Assembly: GCF_963921235.1 (NCBI RefSeq)
Contig: NC_086097.1
Coordinates: 248,188,001-248,252,000 of the forward strand
Source of the DNA: Mobula hypostoma
Taxonomy: Eukaryota
Direction: 5' to 3'
DNA: 64,000 nt
The notes below the pieces were generated by a model, which was not told the origin of the DNA, did no database searches, and saw only the letters and a program-made list of their open reading frames with translations. The translations under genes and the position numbers were made by a program. Positions 37,222-50,387 of this stretch are shown here, in pieces; positions within the stretch are counted from its first letter, which is position 1, and every line of letters starts with the position of its first letter.

Positions 37222-38960
37222 GGACCCAGCACCAATTCCCGTGGCACTCCACTAGTCACAGGCCTCCAGTCAGAGAGGCAACCATCTACTACCGCTCTCT
37301 GGCTTCTCCCACAAAGCCAATGTCTAATATAATTACTACCTCAGCTTGAATGCCAAGCGACTGAACTTTCTTGACCAACCTCCCATGCGGGATCTTGTTA
37401 AGCTCAATGTAGACAATATCCACTGCCTTGCCTTCATCGACTTTCCTGGTAACTTCCTTGAAAAAACTCTATAAGATTGGTTAGGTGTGATCTACCAAGC
37501 ACAAAGACATGCCGACTATCCTTAATCAGTCCATGTCTATCCAAATACTCATATATCTGGTCCTTTAGAATACCTTCCAATAACTTTCCCACTACTGTTG
37601 TCAGGCTCATCGGCCAATACTTTCCCGGCTTATTTTCTTAAGCAGTGGAACAACATTGGCTACCCTCCAATGTTCTGGTACCTCACTTGTCGCTAAGGAT
37701 GATTTAAGTATCTCTGCCAGGGCCCCCGGCAATTGCTGCACTCGCGTCCTGCAGGATCAGCGGGAACACCTTGTCAGGCCCTGTGGATGTATCCACTCTA
37801 ATTTGCCTCAAGACAGCAAAAACCTCCTCTGTAATCTGCATAGGGTCCATGACTTCGCTGCTGCTTGGCCTCAATTCTGTAGACTCTGTGTCCAGCTCCT
37901 GAGTAAATAAAGAAGCAAAGAATTCATTTAAAATCTCTGCCACCTGTTTTGGCTCCACATGTGGATTATTATTCTGGTCTTCCAGATCACCAATTTTGTC
38001 CCTAGTAATTCTTTTGCTCTTACCATATCTGTAGAATCCTTTAGGATGCTCCTTCACCTCACCTGCCAGGGCAACCTTTTGCCTTCTTTTAGCCCCACCC
38101 TGCCGCCCCCCGATTTCTTTCCTAAATGCTCTTTTGCATTTCATATACTTCATGAACACCTCATTTGTTCCTACCTGTCTGTACCTGCTACGCTATGCAG
38201 CTTTTTTTTTCTGATCAATATCTCTTAACCAGGGCCTCAATATCTCTTATCCAGTGATTCAATATCTCTTGAGAACAGAGTTTCCCTAAATCTGCTATTT
38301 TTGTCTTTTATTCTGACAAGCTTTTACTCTCAAAATTTCACTTTTGAAGGCCTCACACTTATAAGTACACCCTTGTCAGAGAACTGCCTGTCCCAATCCA
38401 CACTTGCCAAATTATTTCTAATGCCATCAAATTGACCTTTCTCTAATTTAGAATCACAACCTGTGGAATAGACCTACCTTTTTCCATATTTACTTTGAAA
38501 CTAATGGCATTGTCAAGATGCTAAGTGTTCCCCTACACTAACTTCTGTCACCTGCCCCGTCTCATTCCCCAATAGCAGATCTAGTATCACACAGTCTCTC
38601 ACTGGGACTTTGACGTACTGATTAAGGAAACTTCCCTGAGCACATTTGACAAACTCTATCCTATCGAGTCCTTTTACAGTATGGGAGTCACAGTCAATAG
38701 GTGGAAAGTTAAAATCACCTACTATTACAACCTACACACATCAAAGCTGCTGGTGAACGCAGCAGGCCAGGCAGCATCTCTGGGAAAAGGTACAGTCGAC
38801 ATTTTGGGCCGAGACTCTTAATGTCGACTGTACCTCTTCGTAGAGATGCTGCCTGGCCTGCTGCATTCACCAGCAACTTTGATGTGTCTTGCTTGAATTT
38901 CCAGCATCTGCAGAATTCCTTGTGGTTACTATTACAAACTTATGATCTTTGCAACAGTCT
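37222..38960 (-). mobile_element. CR1 fragment (APE to RT), degenerate
   Basis: ORF 37704-38159 and antisense VVIVGDFNFP at ~38700-38730. Confidence 0.85.
38734..38926. mobile_element. Penelope-derived fold-back element nested in CR1
   Basis: Arms acacatcaaagctgctggtgaacgcagcaggccaggcagcatctc...gtcgacatt and aatgtcgac...gagatgctgcctggcctgctgcattcaccagcaactttgatgtgt; TSD TACTATTACAA at 38720-38730 and 38927-38937. Confidence 0.85.
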
Positions 38961-39574
38961 GCAATCTCTTTACAAGTTAATTTCTGATGTTCGGTGCAAG
39001 TTTGTTCTGTTTGACCTCACTCAATCAGCTGATCTGTATGCCTCCCCATCACCATCTGAAGTTCTGACAACGATAGTTGTGTCACTGGCAAATTTACTAC
39101 TGCTGTTTGAGCACAGAAGCAGGTTTTGAGTTCACCATAAATGAACTGGAGAGCCTGGTGTGGCTGGGCCTGTTCCCCATGTACACCGCAGGAAGATCTG
39201 ATGGAGGCTTTCAAAACTACCTGTCCTGAATGCGGAAGAACTTTCAAAGCCAAGATTGGACTCATAAGCCACGTGAGAGCCCATAAATAGATCAACAGAA
39301 CGAAAACCATCATCCTCAACCCCGAGGGATAGCCACGACGATATGAAGAGGAACCGTGGTAATGTTAGTAACTAGAGCACATAGTTGTTTTATAATTAAC
39401 TCAAGCAAGGAGATACATTCGGTGACAAATGAGCAGCATTGCATTGGGACAATGGTATCCTCTCAACAGTGATTTACATAAACCACATGGCTCCCCCTCT
39501 CCCACTGTTCAATGCATTTAGGTATTCCATTCAGGGACAGATTGTGCCTGGTTTCCAAGTGGGCAAAGTTCCAC

Positions 39575-40858
39575 AAAAATCAGAATCAGGTTTATTATCA
39601 CTGGCATGTGATGTGAAATTTGTTAACTTAGCAGCAGTAGTTCAATGCAATACATAATCTAGCACAGAGAGAGAGAAAAAAATAAATTCAATAAAATATA
39701 ATAAATATACAAGTAAATCAATTATGTATATTGAATAGATTATTTTAAAAATGTGCAAAAATAGAAATACTGTATATTTAAAAAAAGTGTGGTAGTGTCC
39801 AAACATTCAATGTCCATTTATGAATCAGATGTCAGAGGGGAAGAAGCTGTTCCTGCATCACTGAGTGTGTGCCTTCAGGCTTCTGTCCCTCCTACCTGAT
39901 GGTAACAGTGAGAAAAGGTCATGCCCTGGGTGCTGGAGGTCCTTAATAATGGAAGCTGCCTTTCTGAGACACTGCTCCCTGAAGATGTCCTGGTACTTTG
40001 TAGGCTAGTGCCCAAAATGGAGCTGACTAGATTTACAACCTTCTGCAGCTTCTTTCAGTCCTGTGCAGTAGCCCCTCCATACCAGACAGTGATGCAGCCT
40101 GTCAGAATGCTCGCCACAGTGCAACTATAAAAGTTTTTGAGCGTATTTGTTGATATGCCAAATCGCTTCAAACTCCTCATAAAGTATAGCCACTGTCTTG
40201 CCTTCTTTATGACTATATCAATATGCTGGGACCAGGTTAGTTAGGTCCTCAGAGATCTTGACACCTAGGAACTGCTCACTCTCTCCACTTCTGATCCCTC
40301 AATGAGCATTGGTATGTGTTCCTTCATCTTACCCTTCCTGAAGTCCACAATCAGCTCTTTTGTCTTACTGGCATTGAGTGCCAGGTTGTTGCTGTGACAC
40401 CATTCCACTAGTTGGCATCTCACTCCTGTATGCCCTCTCGTCACCACCTGAGGTTCTACCAACAATGGTTGTATCGTCGGCAAATTTGTAGATGGTGTTT
40501 GAGCTATGCCTAGCCACACAGTCATGTGTATATAGAGAGTAGAGCAGTGGGTCCTTGCTGAGGCAGGAGTTCAGTTTAGTCATAACCAACCTCTCAAAGC
40601 ATTTCATCACTGTCGATGTGAGTGCTACCAGGTGATAGTCATTAAGACAGCTCACATTATTCTTCTTTGGCACTGGTATGATTGTTGCCTTTTTAAAGCA
40701 AGTGGGAACTCCTGCCCGTAGCAGTGAGAGGTTGAAAATGTCCTTGAATACTCCTGCTAGTTGGCTGGCACAGGTTTTCAGAGCCTTACCAGGTACTCCA
40801 TCGGGACCTTCTGCCTTGCGAGGGTTCACTCTCTTTAAAGACAGACTAACATCGGCCA
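39575..40858 (-). mobile_element. Rex1/Babar LINE, 5'-truncated, with an internal RT deletion
   Basis: ORF 40365-40874 ([11 protein letters not shown]...[15 protein letters not shown]...YKFADDTT); (TCTGAT)n tail. Confidence 0.9.
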
Positions 40859-41789
40859 TAAATTGATGTTCCATAAGTCCATAAGATCTTGCAACTTATT
40901 GTCTGCCTGCACTGCAATTTCTCTGTAGATGTTACACTTTATTCTGCATTCTGTTATTGTTTTACCTTGTTCTATCTCAATGCACTGTGTAATGAATCTA
41001 TCCGTAAGAACAGTATGCAAGTCAAGCTGTTTGCTGTATCTCAACACCATAATACCATAGATGTAGAAACACATGCTAATCAAGAATCTATCAACCTCCA
41101 CCTTAAATATACCCAATGACACGTCCTCTACAGACATCTGTGGCTATGAATTCCACAGATTCATCACCTCTGGCTAAAGAAATTCCTTCTCATCTCTGTT
41201 CTAAAGGGATGTCCTTGTACAGAATTACTCTATTTGCAGCAGGCAGTACAAACTCAACAAGAGAAATGGAATAGTGTGCCTTTATATTTCATGACATTGT
41301 AGTGCGTCTCATTCCCTGCATCTTGGCTTTATTCCTGCTGTATTTCTCATCTCAGCGAGGTGCCAGCTGGTACTGTTGCTGCAGCTGTGGCAAGGAGAAG
41401 TGTTCCAACACGATTCAGCAAAGTGACAATGCACAGAAAACTGAAAACACACAAGGGAAGGGCACATGGGCAGTATGCTGGGCTAGTCTGTTCCTAAGAA
41501 ACCAAAGATAAAAGGAACACAGGCAGTTACAAAGTAAGACTGCCATTTTATCCTGAAATTAGTGTCTCTTCTTTCCAATGACCTCAGCTGGTTAAATAGG
41601 GGTAGGTTTGTGGAAAAGCTTACTGAAAGTGCTGGGTACAGCCCAGTCATCTACCAGCAAAGCCCCCTTCACGGCAACACCCCTGCTTAAATAGAACTTT
41701 GTGTTAATTTGGCATTCATGAAAACTTTGACAAACTTCTTTAGTTGCACAGTAGAGATTATGCACAGGTTGCTGCAGAAGTACCAACGC

Positions 41790-42175
41790 CCAGGGATGGA
41801 AAAGGCTACAAGAATTTGTCACCTCAGATGGCTGAAGAAGTTTGGCACGAGTCCCCAAATCCTCAGGACTTTCTACATGGGCTCCATCAAGAAAATCCTG
41901 ACCGGCTGTGTTATCGTCTGTACTTCCCTCAATTGCAGGGCACTGCAGAGAGTGGTGCGGACATCCCAGCACATCTGTGGATGTGAACTTTCCTCTTCAT
42001 GACATTTACAGCAGCAGGTGTGCAAAAAGGGGCCTGGAGGGTCATTGGGGACTCCAGCCACCCCAACCACAAACTGTTCCAGCTGCTACCATCTGGCAAA
42101 CAGTACCACAGCATTAAGACCAGGGCCAGCAGGCTCCAGGACAGCTTCCTTCACCAGGGCATCAGATTTATCAAT
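41790..42175 (+). mobile_element. Rex1/Babar 3' fragment
   Basis: LRWLKKFG.SPQILRTFY...DSSHPNHKLFQLLPSGKQY. Confidence 0.8.
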
Positions 42176-44286
42176 AACATTGATCTGATTGCATATCTGA
42201 CTGTACATACATGTATACAAAACAATTCTGCCATTTGGTCATCAAGTCTGCTCCACCATTCCATCATGGCTGATTTATTTTCCCTCTCAACCCCATTCTC
42301 CTGCCTTCTCCCCATAGCCTTTGATGTCCTGACTAATCAACCATAATTCACTGTGCTCTGGCTAAAGAAATTCCTCCTTATCTCTGTTCTAAAGAGGCGT
42401 ACCACACCATACAACCATAAGGCTGCCGAACCATCGTGGATAACTTCACTCACCACAAAACTGAACTGATTCCACGACCTACAGACTCACTCCCAAGGAC
42501 TCTACAACTCACGCCTTCAGTATTATTTGCTTAATATTTTTTTCCAATTTGCAGAAGTTGTCGGCTTTTGCACATTGGTTGTTTGTCAGTCTTTATTTAT
42601 GTTGAGCTTTTCATTAATTCTATTGCATTTCTTTATTTTCCTGCAAATGCCTGCAAGAAAATGAATCTCAAGGTAGTGTATGGAGATATATGTGTACTTT
42701 GAAGGCAAAACTTGAGGACCCTTGAGTCAGAAACTTACCCACTCACCCTATCCACTGCTGACCTTCTGATGATAATAAATTTACTTTGACCTTGACTTTA
42801 CAACTAGGGTGGCCCTTGCTTTAATCCCTGATTGCTTATTTACTTATTATTATACTTTGTATTTACAGTTTGCTGGTTGCATGGCCAAGTTGGTGCAGTC
42901 TTTCATTGATTCTATTACGGTTATTATTCTATTTTTGAGTATGTCTGGAAGAAAATGAATCTCCGGGTTGAATATTGTGACATATATGTACTTTGATGAT
43001 GAAATTACTTCAAACTTCACACTCTGAACTTTGATCTGTATGGAGTTGTGGTTGCTAATTAAAGTAGACATGACTCTAAGATAAGTAGAGATGGAGAGGG
43101 GAACCAGCGAGGGATCCAGCTTTGATCCACATTCAAGGGGCAATTTTGGAAGTGACCATAAGATATAGGAGCAGAATTAGGCCATTCAGCCCATTGAATC
43201 TTCTCTGCCATTCCATCATGGCTGATTTATTATCCCACGCAAGCCCATTCGGCTGCCTTTTTCCCATGACCTTTGACATCCTGATTTATCAAGATCCTAT
43301 CAACCTCTGCCTTAAGTATACCCAATAACCCACCCTCTACAACTGTCTGTGGCAATGAATTTCACAGATAGATAGATAGACTTTATTGATCCTGAGGGAA
43401 ATTGGGTTTCGTTACAGCCACACCAACCAAGAATAGAGCATAAATATAGCAATACGAAAACAACAAACAATCAAACAACGAAATGCAAACTATGCCAGAT
43501 GGAAATAAGTCCAGAACCAGCCTATTGGCTCAGGGTGTCTGACCCTCCATGGGAGGAGCTGTAAGTTCGATGGCCACAGGCAGGAACGACCTCCTGTGAC
43601 GCCCAGTGTTGTATCTCGGTGGAATATGGCTGGAGTCCAACAGCAAAAAGTTCAATATCCGGTCTACAAACACGTTCCTCGATCACCCTCTGGTGAAAGA
43701 AATATTTTCTCATCTCTGTTCTAAGTAGACATCCCTCAATCCAGAGGCTGTGCCTTCTGCGCACGGTGCCAGACGAGCCAGGATGTATATACAGAAGCCA
43801 GGATCACAGTCTGCAAACACGCTCAGGTTCAGAGACCACAGATGGCAAGTCGGGCAGCAGGTGAAAGGTGAGGAACAGAAGATGAAGGTGATGTGAAATG
43901 GTACGAGGTGGTGTTGATCATCTGTATGAAGAAGTCTGGAGCGACACAGAGAAGGGGTGGATTGTCACTGCCTGAAACTAGAGGGCATCAGTTTGAAGTG
44001 AGAGGGGGAGATTTAAAGAGGATTTAAGAGGCAAGATTTTCACAAAGGCTCATGGAATCAACCTCCCCAGTATCGAGGGCACCTTTAAGAGGCGGTAACT
44101 TAAGAAGGCAGCACCCACTAAGGACCCCCCCCCCACCCCGTCCCCAGCACCCTGCACGTGCCCTCTTTTCACTACTACCATCGAGGAGGAGGTATAGGAG
44201 CCTGAAGAGACAAACTCAATGTTTCAGGAACAGCTTTTTCCTCTCCTCCATCCTCCATTGAACCCTTGAACACTACCTCACTATTT

Positions 44287-44603
44287 AAAAAAAAAAAGGC
44301 ATCCGTTAGTCTTGTGAGACCATGGATCTGCACCAGGAAAGTCTTCACTCTCCAGGGCACAGGCCTGGGCAAGGTTGTATGGAAGACCAGCAGTTGCCCA
44401 TGCTGCAAGTCTCCCCTCTCCACAGCACCAATGTTGTCCAAGGGAAGGGCATTAGGACCCATACAGCTTGGCACCAGTGTTGTCGCAGAGCAATGTGTGA
44501 TTAAGTGCCTTGCTCAAGGACATAACACATTGCCTCGGCTTGGGCTCGAACTCTTGACCTTCAGGTTGCTAGTCCAATGCCTTAACCACTTGGCCACGTG
44601 CCC
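44287..44603 (-). mobile_element. tRNA-derived SINE with a CORE-like block (copy 1)
   Basis: Antisense A box TGGCCAAGTGG, B box GAGTTCGAGCC and CORE-like gtgtccttgagcaaggcacttaatc; sister copy at 56151. Confidence 0.8.
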
Positions 44604-45399
44604 AGACTCCTCACTATTATTGCACTTTTATTTCAGACACGTGACTATATTTGAGACACATGCCATTGGGAGCATTTAATAGGTAGAGGGGACTTGTCCC
44701 CATTTTTTCTCCCAGCTATGACAACCTTAACAGACCATATACTGGATATGCATACTGTCTGTCTGTCTAATATAAATATTCAACATATTTTTGTAACTTA
44801 TTGTCTATTTTTATATTTTGCATTGTACTGCTACCACAAAACAACAAATTTCATGACACATGTCGGTGAGCTGCCGGAGGATATGGTGGTGTTAGATAGA
44901 AATACAACACTTACTAGACATTTGACAAAAGACAAACAAGAGATAGTCTGCAGATGCTGGAAATCGAGGGTAACACACACAAAATGCTGGAGGAACCCAG
45001 CAAGCCAGGCAGCATCTGTGGAAAAGAGCACAGTTGATGCTTTGAGCTGAAACCTTTCGGCAGGGCTGGAGGGAAAAAAAGAGACATTCAGCCTTGGGAT
45101 TATTCTAGAGTTCCTTAAGGTTGTTATAGCCAGGGTAGGGGGTAGGGGGTGGGGACGGTGGTAGTGGGGATGAGCTCCCATTACCTAATAAATACTCCCA
45201 TTGGCATGCGTCTCAGATAGCCTCTGACAACCAAGTTTCACTCCAAGCCTTCATGTGGCCTGGCAGAACCATTTCTACTGACGGGTGGGTCAGTGGCACC
45301 TTCAAACCAATCACTTCAGGCAGGTGGGACTTGTCAACATGGTTAGCAGCTCATTTAGGAGAAGGAGAACTCTGATCTCAAACCCTGAAGAACAATCTG

Positions 45400-46270
45400 G
45401 AGATGGTTGTTGACTTCGGGAGAGCACGGAGTGACCAATCTCCGTTGAACATCGACGACTCCTCCGTTAAGGTCGTTAAGAGCACCAAATTTCTTGGTGT
45501 TCACCTGGCGGAGAATCTCACCTGGTCCCTCAACACCAGCTCCATAGCAAAGAAAGCCCAGCAGCATCTCTACTTTCTGCGAAGGCTGAGAAAAGTCCAT
45601 CTCCCATTCCCCATCCTCACCACATTCTACAGAGGATGTATCGAGAGCATCCTGAGCAGCTGCATCACTGCCTGGTTCGGAAATTGCACCATCTCGGATC
45701 CCAAGACCCTGCAGCGGATAGTGAGGTCAGCTGAGAAGATCATCAGGGTCTCTCTTCCTGCTATTACAGACATTTACACCACACACTGCACCTGCAAAAC
45801 TAAAAGTATTGTGAAGGACCCCACGCACCCCTCATACAAACTCTTCTCCCTCCTGCCATCTGGCAAAAGGTACCGAAGCATGCGGGCTCTCACGACCAGA
45901 CTGTGCAACAGTTTCTTCCCCCAAGCCATCAGACTCCTCAATACCCAGAGTCTAGACTGACATCTACATCATTTATTATTATATTGTAATTTGTCCTCTA
46001 CTGTGCCTATTGTCTGGTTTATTAATTACTGTACTGCCTTGCACTGTTTTGTGCACTTTATGTAGTCCTGTGCAGGTTTGTAGTATAGTGCAGTTTTTAT
46101 GTTGTTTTACGTAGTCTATTGTAGCCTTGTGCTGTCTCACATAGTCTAGTGTAGTTTTATGTTTTTTCATGTAGCACCATGGTCCTGGAGGAAATTGTTT
46201 CATATTTACGGTGTACTGTACCAGCAGCTTATGGTCGAAATGACAATAAACTTGACTTGACTTGACTTTG
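45400..46270 (+). mobile_element. Rex1/Babar 3' end (DUF1891-like domain), nested in an RTE-derived element
   Basis: Intact 185-aa ORF 45403-45960; (CTTGA)n tail. The host element continues on both sides. Confidence 0.9.
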
Positions 46271-47540
46271 AGTTGGAGTCCCTAAGACTCCTCGTTCCTG
46301 AAGTTCCTGTGTTGAGTTCAACGCTGACTGGCAACTCCTGCGATGCCGCTGGTGCCAAACTGTATCGGTCTCTGCCGTTCCTTTGGATTCATCAGCTGTG
46401 TGGAGACGGGGAGCCTGCTACACGGGCAACAGTTCGCTCTCCTTATTGTACTGGCCTGGCTCGTGTATCACATGGACAACCAGGGCATGGTATCCATGGC
46501 CACCCCCGAGCAGTGGAGGGTCTGCTGATAATTTCAGCTTCACTTCACAGTGTGCTGCACACTGCTGTGACAGGGAGGACAGCTCTGCTCCATACTCCAG
46601 CAGGAGTTTCACCTGCTTTTCCCTTGCAGATTTGGCGGCCGTGGCTGCGACGGTCTGCTAGACTTGCTGAGTTGCCCAACATGCGGACATTCCCAGACTG
46701 AACTGGAGACCGGCATGGGAGTTCCTTGTCGCAGAACCTGACCGTGGGTCGGAAAGGAGTCATGGTACACTGCAACGCAGAAGCAGGTCCTTCCACCCAT
46801 CTAACTGTGCTGACCCATTTAAACTGCCCACTCCCAGGACCATGGCCCTGCTTATCCCTACCACCCATGTACCAATCCAAACTTCTCTTAAATATTGAAG
46901 TCAAGCTGGCATGCATCACCTGTGTCGGCAGCTCGTTCCACACTCTCACCATCCTCTGCATGAAGAAGTTTCCCCTCCTGTCCCTTTTAATCTTTTGACC
47001 CCTCACTGTTAGCCATGACCTCTAGTAGACTCACACAACCTCAGTGGAAAAAAGCCTGCTAGGATTTACCCTATAGATGTCCCTCAGTTTTGTATATCTC
47101 TATCAAATCTCCCCTCAGTCTTCTATGTCCCAAGGAATAAAGTCCTAACCTGTTCAATCTTTCCTTATAACTCAGGTCCTCCAGTGCCACTACCTGCACC
47201 TGGACCATAACACTCCCTATTGCTCTCAGCCATGTTCCAATCCAAACTTCCCTTCGGTGCAGGAGACTGAGAGTCCGGGCCTAGAACTGGAGGCCTGGGA
47301 GATGGGTTTCAGGCCTGTCTCTGTGTTTATCTGTTAGTGGGAGGATGAGAAAGGAGCTCGTTGGCTGTTGTTTTGTTTTGCTGTTGTTCTTGCTGCCGCT
47401 TGTGTCATTCTGCTGAACACTGTGGGTGTGATATGTTGGTGCAGGAATATATGGTGACAATTGCGCATTTCTCTTGGCACATCCCTGGGTTGCGTTGATT
47501 GTTAACACCAATGACACCTTTCACTGTATATTTCAACGTA

Positions 47541-49640
47541 GAAACATAGAAACATAGAAAATAGGTGCAGGAGTAGGCCATTCGGCCCTTCGAGCCTGCA
47601 CCACCATTTATTATGATCATGGCTGATCATCCAACTCAGAACCCCGCCCCAGCCTTCCCTCCATACCCCCTGATCCCCGTAGCCACAAGGGCCATATCTA
47701 ACTCCTTCTTAAATATAGCCAATGAACTGGCCTCAACAGTTTGCTGTGGCAGAGAATTCCACAGATTCACCACTCTCTGTGTGAAGAAGTTTTTCCTAAT
47801 CTCAGTCCTAAAAGGCTTCCCCTCTATCCTCAAACTGTGACCCCTCGTTCTGGACTTCCCCAACATCGGGAACAATCTTCCTGTATCTAGCCTGTCCAAT
47901 CCCTTTAGGATCTTATACGTTTCAATCAGATCCCCCCTCAATCTTCTAAATTCCAACGAATACAAGCCCAATTCATCCAGTCTTTCTTCATATGAAAGTC
48001 CTGCCATCCCAGGAATCAATCTAGTGAACCTTCTTTATACTCCCTCTATGGCAAAGATGTCTTTCCTCAGATTAGGGGACCAAAACTGCACACAATACTC
48101 CAGGTGTGGTCTCACCAAGGCCTTGTACAACTGCAGTAGTACCTCCCTGCTCCTGTACTCGAATCCTCTCGCTATAAATGCCAGCATACCATTCGCCTTT
48201 TTCACCGCCTGCTGTACCTGCATGCCCACTTTCAATGACTGGTGTATAATGACACCCAGGTCTCGTTGCACCTCCCCTTTTCCTAATTGGCCACCATTCA
48301 GATAATAATCTGTTTTCCTATTTTTGCCACCAAAGTGGATAACTTCACATTTATCCACATTAAATTGCATCTGCCATGAGTTTGCCCACTCACCCAACCT
48401 ATCCAAGTCACCCTGCATCCTCTTAGCATCCTCCTCACTGCTAACACTGCCGCCAAGCTTCGTGTCATCCGCAAACTTGGAGATGCTGCATTTAATTCCC
48501 TCATCCAAGTCATTAATATATATTGTAAACAACTGGGGTCCCAGCACTGAGCCTTGCGGTACCCCACTAGTCACCGCCTGCCATTCTGAAAAGGTCCCGT
48601 TTATTCCCACTCTTTGCTTCCTGTCTGCTAACCAATTCTCCACCCACACCAATACCTTACCCCCAATACCGTGTGCTTTAAGTTTGCACACTAATCTCCT
48701 ATGTGGGACCTTGTCAAAAGCCTTTTGAAAATCCAAATATACCACATCCACTGGTTCTCCCCTATCCACTCTACTAGTTACATCCTCAAAAAATTCTATG
48801 AGATTCGTCAGACATGATTTTCCTTTCACAAATCCATGCTGACTTTGTCCGATCATTTCTCCGCTTTCCAAATGTGCTGTTATCACATCCTTGATAACTG
48901 ACTCCAGCAGTTTCCCCACCACCGACGTTAGGCTAACCGGTCTATAATTCCCCGGTTTCTCTCTCCCTCCTTTTTTAAAAATTGGGGTTACATTAGCCAC
49001 CCTCCAATCCTCAGGAACTAGTCCAGAATCTAACGAGTTTTGAAAAATTATCACTAATGCATCCACTATTTCTTGGGCTACTTCCTTAAGCACTCTAGGA
49101 TGCAGACCATCTGGCCCTGGGGATTTATCTACCTTCAATCCCTTCAATTTACCTAACACCACTTCCCTACTAACATGTATTTCACTCAGTTCCTCCATCT
49201 CACTGGACCCTCTGTCCCTTACTATTTCTGGAAGATTATTTATGTCCTCCTTAGTGAAGACAGAACCAAAGTAATTATTCAATTGGTCTGCCATGTCCTT
49301 GCTCCCCATAATCAATTCACCTGTTTCTGTCTGCAGGGGACCTACATTTGTCTTTACCAGTCTTTTCCTTTTTACATATCTATAAAAGCTTTTACAGTCC
49401 GTTTTTATGTTCTCTGCCAGTTTTCTCTCATAATCTTTTTTCCCCTTCCTAATTAAGCCCTTTGTCCTCCTCTGCTGAACTCTGAATTTCTCCCAGTCCT
49501 CAGGTGAGCCACTTTTTCTGCCTAATTTATATGCTACTTCTTTGGAATTGATACTATCCCTAATTTCTCTTGTCAGCCACGGGTGCACTACCTTCCTTGA
49601 TTTATTCTTTTGCCAAACTGGGATGAACAATTGTTGTAGA
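47541..49640 (-). mobile_element. CR1 LINE, 5'-truncated, near-identical to 620-3715
   Basis: ORFs 48035-49672 and 47636-48019; (TTTCTATG)n tail; TSD TCAAC(G/A)TA at 47533-47540 and 49641-49648. Confidence 0.95.
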
Positions 49641-50032
49641 TCAACATACATGTGATCTGAATAGCCTATCACGTAAATAGGACAGCCAACAGCTATTCCT
49701 GCGGCTAGCAGAGATCAATATTCTCTGAGTCCTAATGAAGTATCTCGGTCCAAAACATTGACGGCTTTTTCCCCTCCATGGATGCTACTTGGTTTGTTGC
49801 TGTTTGTGTTGTTTTACTACAGGATATGTGGGCGCTGGGACTTGTGGCGACACTGGAAGGCTGTCTCAGGCTCATCCTTGGGTCCATTGGTTGTTTACAC
49901 ACACGAGGCATTTCACTGTACGTTTCGATGTACAGTGAAAGTCTTCGGCATGTGTATATATCTGCAGTGCCTAAGACTTTTGCACAGTGCTGTATATTAT
50001 GTCTTTCCGGTTACCAAACAACACTTGATACT

Positions 50033-50387
50033 GTCTGTCTGTCTAGGTACCATATCCGATACGGACTTTGGTGACCATGGTTTTCCATATAGATCTATCC
50101 TTCGTTTTTTTGGATGACTTCCGTTTCCTCGATGTGTAGCCACCTGGCTATGCTTTTGATGTACATAAGCCGAGGTCTTCCTCTCGGTTTGCTCCCCTCG
50201 ATCTTTCCAGAGAGTATGAGTTTTTCTAGTTCATCTTTCCGCATGATGTGTCCCAGGAATCTGAGTTGTCTTTCTCTTATTGTTGGTATGAGTGATGGAA
50301 CTGCTTGGGCTCCTCTGAGAACTTCTTCATTTGATGTGTGTGTGGTCCATGATATTTTTAACCTTCTCCTGTAGAACATTAATTGAT
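50033..50387 (-). mobile_element. RTE/BovB-like LINE 3' end with a perfect 12-bp TSD
   Basis: RRRLKISWTTHTSNEEVL...QLRFLGHIMRKDELEKLILSGKIEGSKPRGRPR; (GACA)n tail; TSD ACACTTGATACT at 50021-50032 and 50388-50399. Confidence 0.85.

Noticed and set aside
45131..45170. G-quadruplex-forming run
   Set aside because: It lies within a repeat copy with no independent evidence of function.
45403..45960. ALKBH8-like N-terminal domain gene
   Set aside because: This domain is the C-terminus of Rex1/Babar LINEs; a LINE tail follows and many degenerate copies occur in the window.
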